A stretch of DNA of 64,000 nucleotides, from contig CAIIXF020000001.1 of the NCBI GenBank assembly GCA_903813345.2, forward strand, positions 8,060,001-8,124,000. Reading direction: 5' to 3'. Of this stretch, positions 47,313 to 62,700 are shown piece by piece. Every line of letters starts with the position of its first letter. Position 1 is the first letter of the stretch. Below the pieces are notes generated by a model that searched no databases, was not told the origin of the DNA, and saw only the letters and a list, made by a program, of their open reading frames with translations. Both the position numbers and the translations under genes were made by a program. The DNA comes from Owenia fusiformis. Lineage: Eukaryota.

Positions 47313-48245
47313 TCATACCTGAGTGGGTTTGGGGTAGATATCACCCGGGAATATATATCATATCTGAGGAGCGGGCAGGAATATATTGTATATGTCCCGC
47401 TCTAGGCCAAATGCGGGCAGATATAATATATCCATCCCGCTCCCTGGAATTTTTCAAAAGTTTAAAAAATTTTAAAATTTAAATTTCAGAAGTTTAAAAT
47501 TTTTCAAAAAGTTTAAATGTTACAATTCTATTGTATTGAGCTGAAGGAATATTATGAAAATGTTAAATATAAATTGTGCTTTTACAGTATAGGCCTATCT
47601 TGTCATTTGAAAAAAGTGGTAAAGGTTATATCTACCCCAAACCCACTCAAGTATGAGATACACCAGTTATGTACGGTCGGTTTTGGATATAGGGTATATC
47701 CCTCGGGAAATATTTATATCTCCCTTGGTCCCTTCGGTCCCTCGGGGAGATATAAACATATCCCCCAGGATATACCCTATATCCAAAACCTCCCAGTACA
47801 TAACTCTTATATATATTTCTGAAGGTGTATTCATCCCTTTAAGAAATATATAGAGATTATCCTATATGAGGTTCAGGATATTGGGATTATCCCGAGGCCA
47901 ATATAATATATATCTACCCGAGGGCCGTAGGTCCCGAGGGTAGATAGTACTATATTATATTGGCCAAGGGATAATCCAAATATCCTTCATGTCCAGTTTT
48001 GTATGCTTGTCCGTAGTCGGATTTTCCTGTTCAAATCTTTGATTATTAACCGGGCATACTGCTCCTTCCCTTATTTAAAGCATCAAACATATCGTGATTG
48101 TCTGCGTTTTTCTCCATTGTCGTTTACAGTATGCGAACGTTACAAAAAAGAACCAATACGGGAACAGCGATTATGACGTGGCGGGCAGATATACTATATC
48201 TGCCCGCTCGGAGCGGGACGTAAAGCGATATCTGCCCGCTGGTGA
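47313..48245. repeat. Cluster of long palindromes (probable non-autonomous element)
   Basis: IR 47313-47341 / 47628-47656; hairpins 47665-47805 and 47875-47986; gcgggcagatat / atatctgcccgc repeats at ~47370-47445 and 48180-48240. Confidence 0.8.
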
Positions 48246-48349
48246 AAATATAGGTTTTTACACACCGGGTTTATGTACCCGTAACACGTCCAATGATGGG
48301 ATAAATAAAGATATTAAACGATCACAGAATTCAGTTTTATTATTTCCTC

Positions 48350-48910
48350 ATTAAAGTAGCACACAGTATTTCACGGTCATTCTTTGGCATTTCCAGAGAA
48401 AATAAGATGAGAAGTATTTGTTACGCGGAATATGGCACACATTCGTGGTTGCGCAGATTTGTGATAAGGGTGAATATGCCATACTAACCTGCGGTATATG
48501 GCATATTCCGCAGGTGAGTATGCGATATTTCGCAGTGAATATGCAATACATTGATTTCAGTGAATACTCGATAATCACCTGCAGAATGTGTCATACTCAC
48601 TTGCGGAATATGCGATGGATACAGCAGGTGAATATGACATATTCCGTAGGTGAAAACGTGATACAGAAAGAATTGGTTGGATTGGTTGCGATAATCGACT
48701 CTAAATGTAAAACTACGCTGGATTACCAATATTGTTAGTGCGTCGAGTACTAATATAATGAATCCTGGATTGATTGGGTAAGTTTATTACGTGAGATTGG
48801 TGAGTGATACTTCTGCTTACGTTAGTTAGTGTGTATGCCATATACCCCAGGTGAATCTGTCATACACCGCTAGTGAATATGCCATATTCGTTGCGGAATA
48901 TGGCTTATTT
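48350..48910. repeat. Region of dispersed direct and inverted ~15-20-bp motifs (gcggaatatggcatattc / gtgaatatgccata), probably a TE subterminal array
   Basis: About 10 or more imperfect copies in both orientations. Confidence 0.6.
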
Positions 48911-50779
48911 TTGTATCGTGTTTACCGCTTTTAACATCAATTTTTCCTAGAGAACAATACTAGATATTGCTTAAATTTAAGTTGATAGTTTATGTAAGTA
49001 AATTTCGGCATGTTTAGTGGTATTGTGCTTTATATAATACTTGTTTTCTCTTTAAAATGATATGCACAAACTTACCAAATATGAACAAGTTTGGTTCATT
49101 ATTTTCATAATTAGATATATTGGTGCATAACTTTTTGAACAGATCTTGTACATACAATAATTATTGTATTATCTTGGTCAACCATTTTGGAGCATTAGCC
49201 GTCAATCGCAGAATCTGATATCACATTTTAAACATAATCGGGATCATTCTTTCAAGTTTTTTTTATTTGGCCCGGTCGTCCCCTGATTTTTTATTTTCTA
49301 TGCTAACCATTTCTTAATAAATATTTATGATAACTGTACACACCAAATATTTTTGCTAGATTGAAAAAACAATTGTACATTATAAGCTGCCCTTTCTGTG
49401 GACATTTCATTCTAACGAAAAGTGAAGAAATAGAGAGATGTTATGACAACTAAAATGATCAACACCGGGATAAAACTACCCTTTGCATTCGGTCGACTTC
49501 ACTTCTTAAAAGAGAGGTTCGTAGTTTTATAACTAGACTCTGCGCAGGGTAGGATAAACCCTCGTATAAATATATAACTAAAATATCGATTAAAAGATGG
49601 CATTGCCTTGTATGCGCTATAGCCTACAAATTCAAAGCACTGCGTCTGATGCTAAATCCTTTACTCGATCATCAAATGAAAGATGGCATTGCTGTTGCAC
49701 CAGGATAGCAAAGTTGTCCTTACGTCTGAAATATCTTGCACGAGTTAACATCAACTTGTATCTTGATTTAAAAAATGGTGATAAAATTCTAATAGATTGT
49801 AAGAACCTGAATCTTCGATAAATGTAAATGGTTGTTAATGATTTTGGTATGTAATAATGAAATGGAATCCCACTCCATTTGTATGTTCAAAATAGTTATA
49901 CTAACAGAGAATTCTTCTTTGTTAGGCTTTGCAATTTTGATTTTCAAGGGTAATAAAATTTGAATTCTATATTTTCTTACACGTCTATACTTATACTTGA
50001 ATCCGGAACATGTATGAGTTATATTTTGCATTTATCGGAGCATTTATTTCAGTTACCCTCATAAATTGCCACGATTAAAATTTGGCAAAAATATCGTTGT
50101 TTGTTGCTAATTATTTAGATGGCACTGTGTATAGACAGTGCATCAGCTGGGGTTTCAAGTGGATTGTAATTGATAGATGATGCGTTTTGGAAGATTTTTG
50201 ACACCGTTTGGCCAATTATTCATCTGGCTCTTTCCGTCTAGTTGTCAGTGGTTAAGGTGGACCAGCTGAGTTGGCGCTGTTAGCAAATTGTTCCTGGTTG
50301 ATGATGCCGGTGCTACAACGCGCCCTCAGACGCTACTTAGCACTAACCCGCACAGTTGAATCAGCAGTTTCCTCTCGTTCGTGTGAGTGTCTTTCAAAAC
50401 ACTGTCGTCTTTGATTTGTGAACAACAGATAAAGGGAAGTTTCAAATAAAACTGATCACCGGACAGGTATAATGTTAGAGAAGCTATATACGCATTGAAT
50501 TCGGGCAAGAAAGTTGAATCAGCTCAAGGTGTTTATATACACAATCAACGGTGCCGTCTTTATAAGTCGGAGTTCTGAACCTCATACCTCAGAAAGTATT
50601 GGACATCAATTCATAGAGTAGTGTAATAAAAGCAGCACGTGGACACAGATCATACATTAAGAATTCACGTTCAGGCATCGCCTGATACACATTTGGAACA
50701 TTGGAATTGGATACATATTAAATTGATGCATTTATACCATAACTTTTTGAGATAATGTTAAAATTACGACCAGTTTAGC

Positions 50780-53700
50780 ATGATGAGGCATATCTTAGCA
50801 TACTTAACTCTGGTGTTATGGCTCTTCCTTATGGAGTGTGGCTCGGGCTATGCACGCGCCCAGAAGAGACTCAACAGTTACACAACAAATGAGGGGGATG
50901 AGTTATCAAATCTAAGCACCAACGAAGCGGTATGTTCACAATGTTATTTATTATCAATTAGGCTTACATGTCCAAGTTGGGTTATTGTGTTATTTGGGGC
51001 CAATCTTTATGTCATTCTATTTGTAAACAACATAGATGGTTATCGTGGTATAAAAATCAAATATATCAAAGATAAACATAACATTTTCAACCTACTTCAA
51101 ACAATTCCCAAAACAAAAGGCTGGATTATGAATACATGCTTTTCGGAGAGGTAGAGGAAATTGCGTTGATCTGGTGAAGGATGTATTTTGAATAAAATTT
51201 TCCTGAGTTTGTATCTATTTTCTTCCTAAGTTTAAAAATGTGTTAAATGCGTGTGGATCATTCAAATGAAATATGCCATACCGCAAAGTGATGGTGATTG
51301 AACGGTAAATCATAAGTCTATTTTTCACACCTTCTAATGTGGCAATTGAATTTCTGAATGCTAAAGATTCTATAACTTAACTAAATATGATACCAAAGAT
51401 GCTCTCAACCTTTCAATGCATACAAACAGTCAGTGGTAAATAACACTACATAAAAAACAATCTTGTGCAAAGTTGTTATAATTGATTTGGATAGTTACTT
51501 TAAAAGCTAAACTCTCTTCAATAAGTTAAACAGTTCATACTTAATTAATTTTTAAGAAGGAATCCAGAATACGCGATGCTGATAAATATCTCAATTAAGA
51601 GTGCATACAATCAGGTTAATTCATTTTATACACTATAAAAGATAATAATGTCCCCGTGAATGTTCATCCTTCAAGATCGGTCCTTCACTGCTTTCATAGC
51701 AGATCAAGCAATGTAATCAATGTAATGCAATGCATTACTCTTGGGCCAATGATGCTGAATGTTGTCCTAGTTTGTGTTTTATATTTAAACTGTCCCTTGA
51801 TTGATAATCAAATGAATAAAAAGACAATAATCGCACTTACACTTGGGGATGGAATATATCTCTCGTAATAATTAAATCTTTCGCAGCTAATACACATCTT
51901 ATCTTTACTATTTATTCACAATCGGGGCTAGCAAGGATCATAATCTAGGGATCCCCGGGTAGGGATCATAGTTTCTGTCACATCGGACCGAGCAAGTAAA
52001 TAAAACGCTGTATCTTCACCACAACGTCCGATACTTTTGAAATGTGTTTTATTCCATCTAATTGGAACTATAACTAACATTTGGCAAAACATCCTTTCCT
52101 TCTATAGTATATGACCATTATTCAAAGCATACCCATCATTGCAAAGTGTGGGTACGTTTACGAAATCAAGTAAAATCAAATCTGCTTTGAGTTTTTATGT
52201 GTTATTTTCTTTCATTACACACAAACACAATCTGAAAGTCTTGACACTTTCTTTATTGACAATTGAAGCTATCCGTTACCTATCCATTGTAAAGCAACGC
52301 GTATGACCGTGCATTATAGCACTTCATTCACACGTCTCAAATGATCCTGCTTTCATCGTATGATATATAGGGAAATTTTATTAGCGTAACGCTACAAAAC
52401 GAAATGTTATCATACAGGGGCGGACCTGGAAACTGACAAGGGGGACAAAATATTTTACTTTTGAAATCCCCTTTCTGGAGAACTTGAACTTAAAGGAACA
52501 TTTTTAAAATAAAAACTGTAACCTATATCACACAGGCATCACTTTTGAAAATGAGGCTAAAACTCTAGTCTCAGGATAAAACGTCACCCACGTCCTCCAG
52601 TTTCATATGTTATTGTAGTTTTCACAAATGGATTGCAAGAAAGGCTTAAATCGAGTTCTGAATGATTCCTTCGAAATTTCAGGTTAATGAGGAAGTGACT
52701 AAAACAGCTGAATGTTAACTTTGAATAAAGAAAGTATAAATGCTCTCGAGTTTCTGAAACATTCTGACTAATCTAGTATTTCGTATGACTGAAATGAATT
52801 ACTTTGGTAGACCAGTATGTTGTTGAAGCCCATACCAAAATGACTGAGACTCGAAAGAAACTAACTGCTACTATAAATCAAGACGGACCTAATGGCCCTA
52901 ACGAAGTATCCAGTTTCTCTAATTCTCAGATTGATTCCTTCTTCAATCTTGCTCATAAATGCCTTTCAACATCATTTATGTATTTGTTCAACATAAAATT
53001 GAGAACTTGGCTGGATGTTAATGAAACATCAGGCTTTTTATACCCCTGACCATATGTTAGTTTTACAGGAATTAATTATGAAATTCGCCTTCTTCTCCCG
53101 CGATCGTAAATTAAAGACGGATACCCAAGTGGAGGAATGTGTTATGGTAAAAATCTGGTATCAATCGACTGGCAGTATTCTCTAAGGTGATATACAGAAC
53201 CCCCAAAAGTTAAACTGTATGTTCTAGGTATTATATTCATCGTTTCATATTTTTAATACCCACGATCTGAGTTCAAATTCAATTCGATCTATTCTGTAAA
53301 AGAAATACGTAGATTGAAAATATCGGTCTAGCTGGGAAAATTGAATTTTCTTGGAAATCTGGGTAGAGATCGTGATGCTCCTCCAATGTGTTTATTTTTG
53401 TTTAGCTGCAATTAATTGGGCTTATCCAGTAATTAGTAGTATCGCAACAAGCTATCACTGCAGTAAGGAAGATCCAAATATTACGTAGCTTAGCCTGGTA
53501 TCGAGACTCCGTCTTTACATTAGTCTTGCTTTAAGATCCTGGGCCCCTCATCTTCTTCAACAACAACTTGTGGGATTGGGAAGGTGTCTTTGTACAGTGA
53601 GGGAGGGCTCGCAAGGGTTTGTAGCTAGACTATCTTTACATTGATTTTATAGTATAATATGTTTCGCCAATGATATCAATAATAAAAAACAATAAACTGG

Positions 53701-56700
53701 CCAAGGACAAATGACCAATGACATCATCTCAGGAGTGAGATGTGAATGCTCTTTTTGTCCGTCTGTCCGTCAGCCTGCATATTTTGTTTATCTGTCCGTT
53801 TGTTTGTTTGTCTGTTCTGTGTTTGGCTGTTTATTTGTTTTTCGTTTGATGAGGTTTTTTGAGGAGATAATTTAGGATAAACCTGTCACTGTTACTTTAT
53901 TGTTTGCCATGAAACGAATATTTTGTAACAATACATCAAAATAAAACGGGGAAATAACGAGTGGCAAACAACAAATCGATCTTTCAAGAACTCAACTGGT
54001 CGAACTAAAACTACTATAAAAGATGAAGAAGTGGAGCCATAGGATTTGGTTATGAACAACTTCCATTTGCTTCTGGATCAAATAGTGAACAAATTCGGCT
54101 TATTAGTCATTTCCACATTTGGGACAACAATACAGACACTATTAATATCGCATCAATACAAAATATCAATAAAATCTCAGACAATAATCTTTTCTTCATC
54201 CTCGTTTCATTTCTTAACACCGGTGCCACATGCGTTTTTGAAATAATCATCGAATTTAGAGATTGCATGTGAATCAATAAATTGTTCACCGGTGTGCAAC
54301 TTCATGCTGATGCCTAGGGACACAGTTGTGTGCTCTGTTCAAGAATTTTTCAAGATGGCGGCTGAATTTCAAAATGACCACCATTTTTTCGTTAAAAACG
54401 AGATATGTGATAACTCAGGTATAATGAGGAATTACAATATCTCTGCTCTCTGTATTCTAGGGCTCCCAGGCCTTCCCGGATATATGGATCACGTGGAAAA
54501 GAACTTCAATGAATTATTAGATCGTATCTGGCTGTGAGATATCACCGATATTTGTGTACACCAAAATTTGGTTTTAAACGACAAACGATCTTCCTGCTTT
54601 CTTTGGTTTCTTTTATTTGTTCACCATGATTAATCCCCAACTAAAGGTCTCTCCCACACACAGAACAGGAGAACATATAATGAAGTGACATTTCCCGTAT
54701 TGATACTGCCCTGTATTTATCACTATATTTGTAAATATAACGATAGATCATATTATAGATAGGAATCCGCAATTCATTTGTTTTTAACCCAGTTACAGTA
54801 CACTCTGGAGTTAACCTGACAGATGCCGATTTTTGTGTCGTAACTTCGCGCGCAATTGCGAGGCATTGCCGCATTAGTTCAATAGCTTTAATAAGTAATA
54901 TATAATACTCGGTCATTTGTCAAATCATCAAAGAAGTTTGATTATACAACGTTGACTTCAGAAAAGAAGGAAATGCTATGGAATAATAATAACAGTGTAT
55001 TTATTTTCGGCCAGTGCAATCTCATCAAAGTAATAGAACCGGAAATGGGTGGCAACATTCTCCTGAAAATATCAGACGTCACGCTGAATGTCAATTATTC
55101 GGGCCATTAGCTTTTTGTTCCCTATCATTATATCAATTGTATGGTTACAATAGTCTATGAAAACCTTCATTGAAATAATTGAAATACTCATAACCAAAGG
55201 ATATAATGAGGGGTATAGGGGGTTAAATCAATCCATTTAGTTCACAATTTTGTTTATTCATCAAATGTAAACACTGTTATTGGAAACAAACAAGATGTGC
55301 CAAAAAGGAATTCATTGATATATAACAGCATTCTCAACAAGTTCGTAATTATTTCCTTCTATATTTGGCTAACGATTATTGATTGCATTGACTGCTTGTT
55401 TGTATGTACAGTGGGAATTTGTGCGGAATTGTGACAAGTTTCTTAAGGTAGAAGCAACTGCATTCTTCAGGACGGAGAACATCAGTCGAGCAAACACTTC
55501 GATTATACGCGAATATGTATCGGAATTCCAACAAAATGCCAGACTCACCGCAGAGTGTTTGCCCTTGTAAGACAACACGCTTTCATCCATTCACAATTCA
55601 CACGACTCTGATTTTAAACAAATCAGTTCACATAAAGTAGCATACTACAACCAATATGATTGTATCAATATTCCGAACATGATACCAGCTCGTAGTAAAT
55701 CCATTTTTGGAAATAACATAACGTCATCATTATGTAAACCTTTGACGTTGACGTTTTATATTGGTTCAATGAGTACATATGATTTAGAGCATTGCGTTGA
55801 TGGTGTTGATTTTGTTCTCAAATGTTGCGCTTTGTTCAGTGGAATAATATTTTGCAACCAAACACTGATTTCTACAAGATGAATAGTTTGAACGTTTGAA
55901 TATTACATAAGAGGCATAAGAATTATTAAAGCAATGTTTAAACAAAGCGCACTATTACCACTTCAATGGGAAACTTTTAAAAATTCAAAACACAAAAGTA
56001 AGATGATAAAAAAATTATATTGGAAAAATGAGGCACCGATGGATTTGCTGTAATTTATTTCCCAAGTGAAATTATATTTTCGCGCAGATATAAAGTAGGA
56101 ATAAAGTATGCGAGGTTTAATAAAAGGTGAACGTGTATGATCAGACACAACAAATCCTAATAGATTCGATCAATGGGTTTACAATAATTGGTGCCAAATC
56201 GGGTTTACAAATGATTCTAGCTCCTTCTATGGCGCCAGACCCTCTCCGAATGTTTGCTTCCTACATTGGCATCATTTTCCTCAATTTCAATATTTTTATT
56301 ATGAAAAGGTACTTGAAGATCGTATTCATCGTTCTTTAGAAGAAATACCTATCCAACATAAATCAAAATTCAATGTTTTCTCAGTGTTTAGTAGGGATAA
56401 CCAACGGGCCATTCAATAATATCCCCTACACGCAGATCAAACGCTAAGTGAGCACAGAAGCTTGTTGTTTAATGGCAGTGGATTTCAGAAGATTTGTGAT
56501 GAGCCAGGGCTAAACTCTAAACAAACTTAACTGACACTTCTTAACGCCACAGATGAGTACAAAGCATAGATATAAGTTTTCAAATCTCCCATTTACACCA
56601 GCGGTGTGAAAAACGGTTATTGCTTCGCATCTAGTTTAGACGGTTAGCTGCACGTTTTAGCGCAAGCTTTTACAATATCCATTTGAGATCTGATGAACCA

Positions 56701-59700
56701 GAACGTCGATTTTTTCGATATCAAGTGTAAGAGAAATATGTTGTACAATACAAATAATGTCAACAATAATATTTTATTATGGTTTTGGATTGTAATATTG
56801 ATTCCGCAATGGTGAGGAGGGGTTTGAGAAATACAAACATAAACATATGACTGATGTACCCTCAGTCCCTTATGTTGTTTTATACTTTTGGTCTTTTCCC
56901 TTTGGAGATCTCTGCTTTCATATTTGCTTGATTATTAAAATATTACAAAGATGATATATTTAACCAAATGTGAAATGATAAATTAAATTATTATGATATT
57001 ATTTGATATGATACGCTACTTATATGAGCTAACGTAATTTTTACCAATAACGATATCCCAATAGGAAATTGGGGTTTTTAGATACTAGATATAGTAATTG
57101 AATAAAGATCGTCGCCATCGTGAATGTAAATCAACTCATTTAGAGCATTTGTGGTTCAGGTGAAAATGCTGAATGAGAATTGTAAAAGGCAAGTTTAGGA
57201 GTGACAAAGCATCATTACACCATCATCAATCTACGTGGTAGATCATAATTTTACGATTCTGTCATTCTATCATGCGAAAGCCTTGCAGAAGCTACGTGCA
57301 TCTAGACCTCTCCAATCGGACTAATATTTATTGTGCATCACTCCTGTATGCATACAGTACCATATATCTTAGTGCGTATCACTTACATGCCTGTTGCAAT
57401 CACCCCATCAACACATTCGTACCTCAGTTACACATAACTAACAAATAGCTAGGACTTAACACTTTCAAAGAAAATTACAGTTTTTATATAAAAATCAGAT
57501 TGATACAAATTAAGTAGGATATCATCACTTTGCTATCAGCAGGAGAGTATTCCGATTCCGATGCCGTCATTTGCAATTGTGGTTAAAAACTAGATTAGGG
57601 CTAGGATGAACCAGAAATACTAAAAATTCTAGATCTCTTGAGATATTTATAGTAAATATAAAAGTCCACGATCGGCAATATAATCAAGTACAATCCTGAG
57701 TATATGGGTACATAGTAATCGTTTAACTTATCTGCTAAAGGCAACATCTTTCAAATTAATTTTTCATGTTAATTGAACATTGATTTACTCTAGTCTGGTA
57801 TTGAACCACTTTGAAAAACAGATAATTGTTCCCATTTCATGATCATTTATTGTTCATCAGATTATGATATAAGTCATCGATAATAGCATGTAATCGAAGT
57901 CGGGAACCAATGTGTCTCTGTTATAATGATAATTGCCATTTTTAAATTCGCTTATCTTGAGTAAATTCCGAAAATGTTTTGTATTGAGGTAAACAAAATT
58001 ATGTTAACTCCAAATATTTACGTATTGATAATAAAGACTCCTGTTTTGTACAATTGAATAGCACAATAACTATTTAATAACAAAACCTGTGAAGACTGCA
58101 CAAAGTACAATGCTAGAAAACCCCGTCTAAGTTTAACCTTAGATATATACAGAAAAAAGGGGATGGATAAAAGAGAATACAGTAGTCTAGTGAAATTACC
58201 TGGATCAGGGTACCTATGCCACACACGAAATTATGTATTGGCAATTTTAAATGTTTTTACAATAACGCAACAGGAGTTACAACGAAAAATGTGCCAAAAT
58301 ACACTGTTTAACAATTATCTCAATCGGCTATTAAATAAAAAGTAACACCCTCTTTATTAATATCCAATTTGGCGATAAAAATCCCAATGGGTGAATTGGC
58401 ACAATCTAGCCTCAATTTCATGTTGTAATGATACAGGCATGCAATGTTTACTTCAAGTAGCTTGTTAATATGGTTAACGAACTCAATAGATTTATATATA
58501 ATATGATCATGACCATACTTATCCGATGGCATAGTCATCGAGTATGTAGACTAGATGGATATACCCACATTGTAATTAATATTACAAACACTATAATACC
58601 TTATCAGACTTGTTGTCGTCTAACGTACTTCAATATTTAAGAACATTAGTGAATGTATGCGGACGTCATGTACGTATACGGTACAAGATATAGTAGAGGA
58701 CCACACTCAATAATTAAATCATGTAGAATATTTAACGAGTGGCGCCCCGGAGTATCCAGTTATGTCGGGATTAAGACGTCCGTCTACCAATCACGAAGAA
58801 ATTATAATTGCTAGGAGGTAGAACTCGAATTTCGAATACTAAACGTGTTGAATAAGTCCTCCTTCATACTAAACATTAAAGATATTTTATATGATAGTTT
58901 TGGGCTCTTGAAATCAAGCAATTGCCATCAAGATCAATCCAATAAAGGGTACAATTAATTAATATATATATATATTACAGAACATCACAGTTTAGCCACA
59001 GTCTACTATAAACAAGCTCAAAGTCAGTTACATATGAGCGTAGCTATACGTTCTTCTAGGCAGGAGTCTAGCATACCATTTTATCATCTCTAACTCTTGC
59101 CCACTCTTACTCAACAGTCAACGCCAATTCTTGCCCACTCTGATTCAAAGGTCAATGCTAATTCTCACCCACTCTTACTCAACAGTCAACGCCAATTCTT
59201 GCCCACTCTTACTCAACAGTCAACACTCTTACTCAACAGTCAACACCTGTCCACTTTTACTTAACAGTCAACGTCAACTCTTGCCAACTCTTACTAAACA
59301 GTCAACACTCTTACTCAACTGTCAACACCTGTCCACTTTTACTCAACAGTCAACGTCAAGTCTTGCCCACTCTTACTCAACAGTCAACGCCAGTTATTGC
59401 CCACTCTTACTTAACCGTCAACACTCTTACTCAACAGTCAACATTCTTACTCAACAGTGAACACCTGTCCACTTTTACTTAACAGTCAACGTCAACTCTT
59501 GCCAACTCTTACTCAACAGTCAACACTCTTACTCAACTGTCAACACCTGTCCACTTTTACTCAACAGTCAACGTCAAGTCTTGCCCACTCTTACTTAACA
59601 GTCAACACTCTTACTCAACATTCAACACCTGTCCACTCCTACTCAACAGTCAACATCAATTCTTGCCCACTCTAACTCATCAGTCAACTAGGACTGTCCA

Positions 59701-62700
59701 TTGTCTGCTAATCTGTTTTATCAAAGTAGCATGCATTGGGAAGTAGTTTTCTCAAGAGCATTAGGGTTGAGTTATTGAATTATTGCAGTTCCGTACGCAG
59801 TTTAGTGAGATATTCGCTCCAGAAGACAGCCTCAAGTCCCTACTGGCGCCGCTACCCCCTCAATAACGAAATTAATTATGCCAGCTTACAGAACTGGCAG
59901 GAGTCGTAAATGCATTTTGCCATCAAAAAACAAGATTTACTTGTCGGATATAAAAATAGGATGTCTTATATTGATTCGATTTTGATGAGAACCTTCTAGC
60001 TGTAAACACGATACACGTATCCCATAAACAAACTGAGAAACGAGCAACCATGATGCAACTTAGAACTATTTGTTTCCACAAGCCATGGGAATATAGGTAC
60101 ATCAGGGGAATAATAAACAATTCAAAGAGCAATAGATAATGCTGATCCATCGTACTCAATCGTTAATTTAGATAAAATATTCAGTTGTCCTGCAACTTGT
60201 GTTTTGATACTTGTGTTATCATTAACTGTTGAACACAAATGGTTTTTAAATATTGAAGTTTGTGTGTTCCAATGTTGGCTCTTGTTGAATCAGATTTGAA
60301 ACGCGATGTACCAACAGAAGACTACATTGCTGCCAGTTCAGTAAAGTGGTATAAAATAGCATTAGTTTAGTAAAGGTGTGTGTTTGACAGTCTGTCATCA
60401 TTCCTAGCATACCTGACCATATCTCCCGGATGTTGAGATGAATCGCGCATTCAATGTAATGCAAATATCTAATAACGTACTCATAAAACGAATCATTGGA
60501 GCCATGTATAACAATTAATATGCCATATATTGCAATGACTGGTCGCCTGTGGCGAGTGTATCATCGTAAACAAAAGGTTTAATCATTCAATGATTATCAC
60601 CATTAATGACAAAACTATACATTATTAATTATTTTGTTTGATATTACAGTTGGATATTACATATTAAGTGTTTTGGTTGATATTACCTCTTAAATGTTAA
60701 AATATTTTGCTCTTCTAAATATCATTTTTTCTGGTTGACGATCGCTCCTTAGTGTATTTAAAAATAAAAATGTCAGTTTTTGGTTGATCCTACCTTTTTA
60801 ATGAAAATTATAAAATATTGTGCTTTAAGATTTAGATTAAGTTTTAGGTGTGATGGTTTTGTATAGTATCATGCAAATATTTTACTTTTCTATGTATCAA
60901 GTATTGGGTGGATTATATCTCTTTATTGTCTTTAAAAATGCTCTCTTTATGTTAAGAAGTTGGTTGACGCTATACCTCTTTAGTCTATATTATAAACTAT
61001 TTTGCTCTTCTAGGTTTCAAGTATTTTGGTTGATGATACCTTTTAGGGTGTTATAAAAATAATTATAGCTATTATTGTTTCCTTTCTTGTTGGTAACAGT
61101 TAGTGGGTGGTATAATGCATGTACATGTAAAATGCTTTGAAAACGATACACAACAATCCCATTACTCTTGTCAGCTGAAAAAGAACATGACAGTGAGAGA
61201 TATAGGGACACAAGTGAGACTAATTCATAAGCAAACATTATACATACTCAGATGTAGGTCTGGCAATGTGAGTTGGTCGTATTTAATATTGTCACCTTTC
61301 AGTAGTTTTATGTCAAACATCACAATTAATTTGTACTCTTTAAAAGTTCGTTGTTAAATGTGATGCTATGATGCCCGAAACAAGTACATATGGTTCTTAC
61401 AACATTACAAGTATACCGATAACATAACAAGTATGGTAAATATAAAATGATTATTACAAGTATGGTTATGGATGGTGCCCGTAGTAAGTATGGCAATATA
61501 AGATACCCATGTATTGCAATATGTGATGCCTGTAACAAATATTGTAATGTATGATGCCTGTAACAAGTATGCTACTATGTAATGCTATAAATAATGTAAA
61601 AAAATGGTAATATGTGATGGCTGTACAAGAATGGTAATATATGATGCGTAACACGTATGGTAATATATGATGCGTGTGACAAATGTTGTAATGTATGATG
61701 CCTGTAACAAGTATGCTACTATATAATGCTATAAATAATGTAAAAAGAATGGTAATATGTGATGGCTGTATGGTAATATATGATGCGTAACACGTATGGT
61801 AATATATGATGCGTGTGACAAATGTTGTAATGTATGATGCCTGTAACAAGTATGCTACTATATAATGCAATAAATGATGTAAAAAGAATGGTAATATTTG
61901 ATGGCTGTACAAGAATGGTAATAAATAATGCGTAACACGTATGGTAATATATGATGCGTAACACGTATGGTAATATATGATGCATGTAACAAGTATGGTA
62001 ATATATGATGCCTGTAACAAGTATGCTATTATATAATGCTATATAATGTAAAAAGAATGGTCATATGTGATGACTGTACAAGTATGGTAACATATGATAC
62101 CTGTAACAAGTGTGGTAATATATGATACCTGTAACAAGTGTGGTGATATATGATACCTGTAACAAGTGTGGTAATATATGATACCTGTAACAAGTGTGGT
62201 AATATATGACACCTGTAACAAGTGTGGTAATATATATTACCTGTAACAAGTGTGGTAATATATGATACCTGTAACAAGTGTGGTAATATATTATACCTGT
62301 AACAAGTATGCTACTATATAATGCTATAAATAGTATAAAGAGAATGGTAATATATATGATGCCTGTAACAAGTCAGCTAGCTCAGAATGAATGTCTATAA
62401 TTTTATATTTCTTGATTTTCATTCCAAGACCAAGATAATAAAGTCAGGTAGCAAAGAAAAATGTCTGTGTGCCAGGTTATTAACAATTGACTTAGAGAGC
62501 AATATTTTGGTATTACGTTTGTTTTCTACTTAAGCTAAGTAATAATTTTTCAATTTATGATGTTAAAATATACCGTAAATTAGAAAAGATATTAGCACTG
62601 CTCTTGGGTAGATGACAATTTTATGAACCCCTTGTTTCTTAGCCAGGTAAGCACGAAACGCGATGGCCGATGGGGAAAGCATAGAACTAATAAAACACAT

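Noticed and set aside
59131-59675. Repetitive ORFs or CRISPR-like array
   Set aside because: Minisatellite with no unique spacers and no cas genes, in a eukaryotic context.
61326-62277. Multiple overlapping minus-strand ORFs
   Set aside because: By-products of the 28-bp minisatellite.
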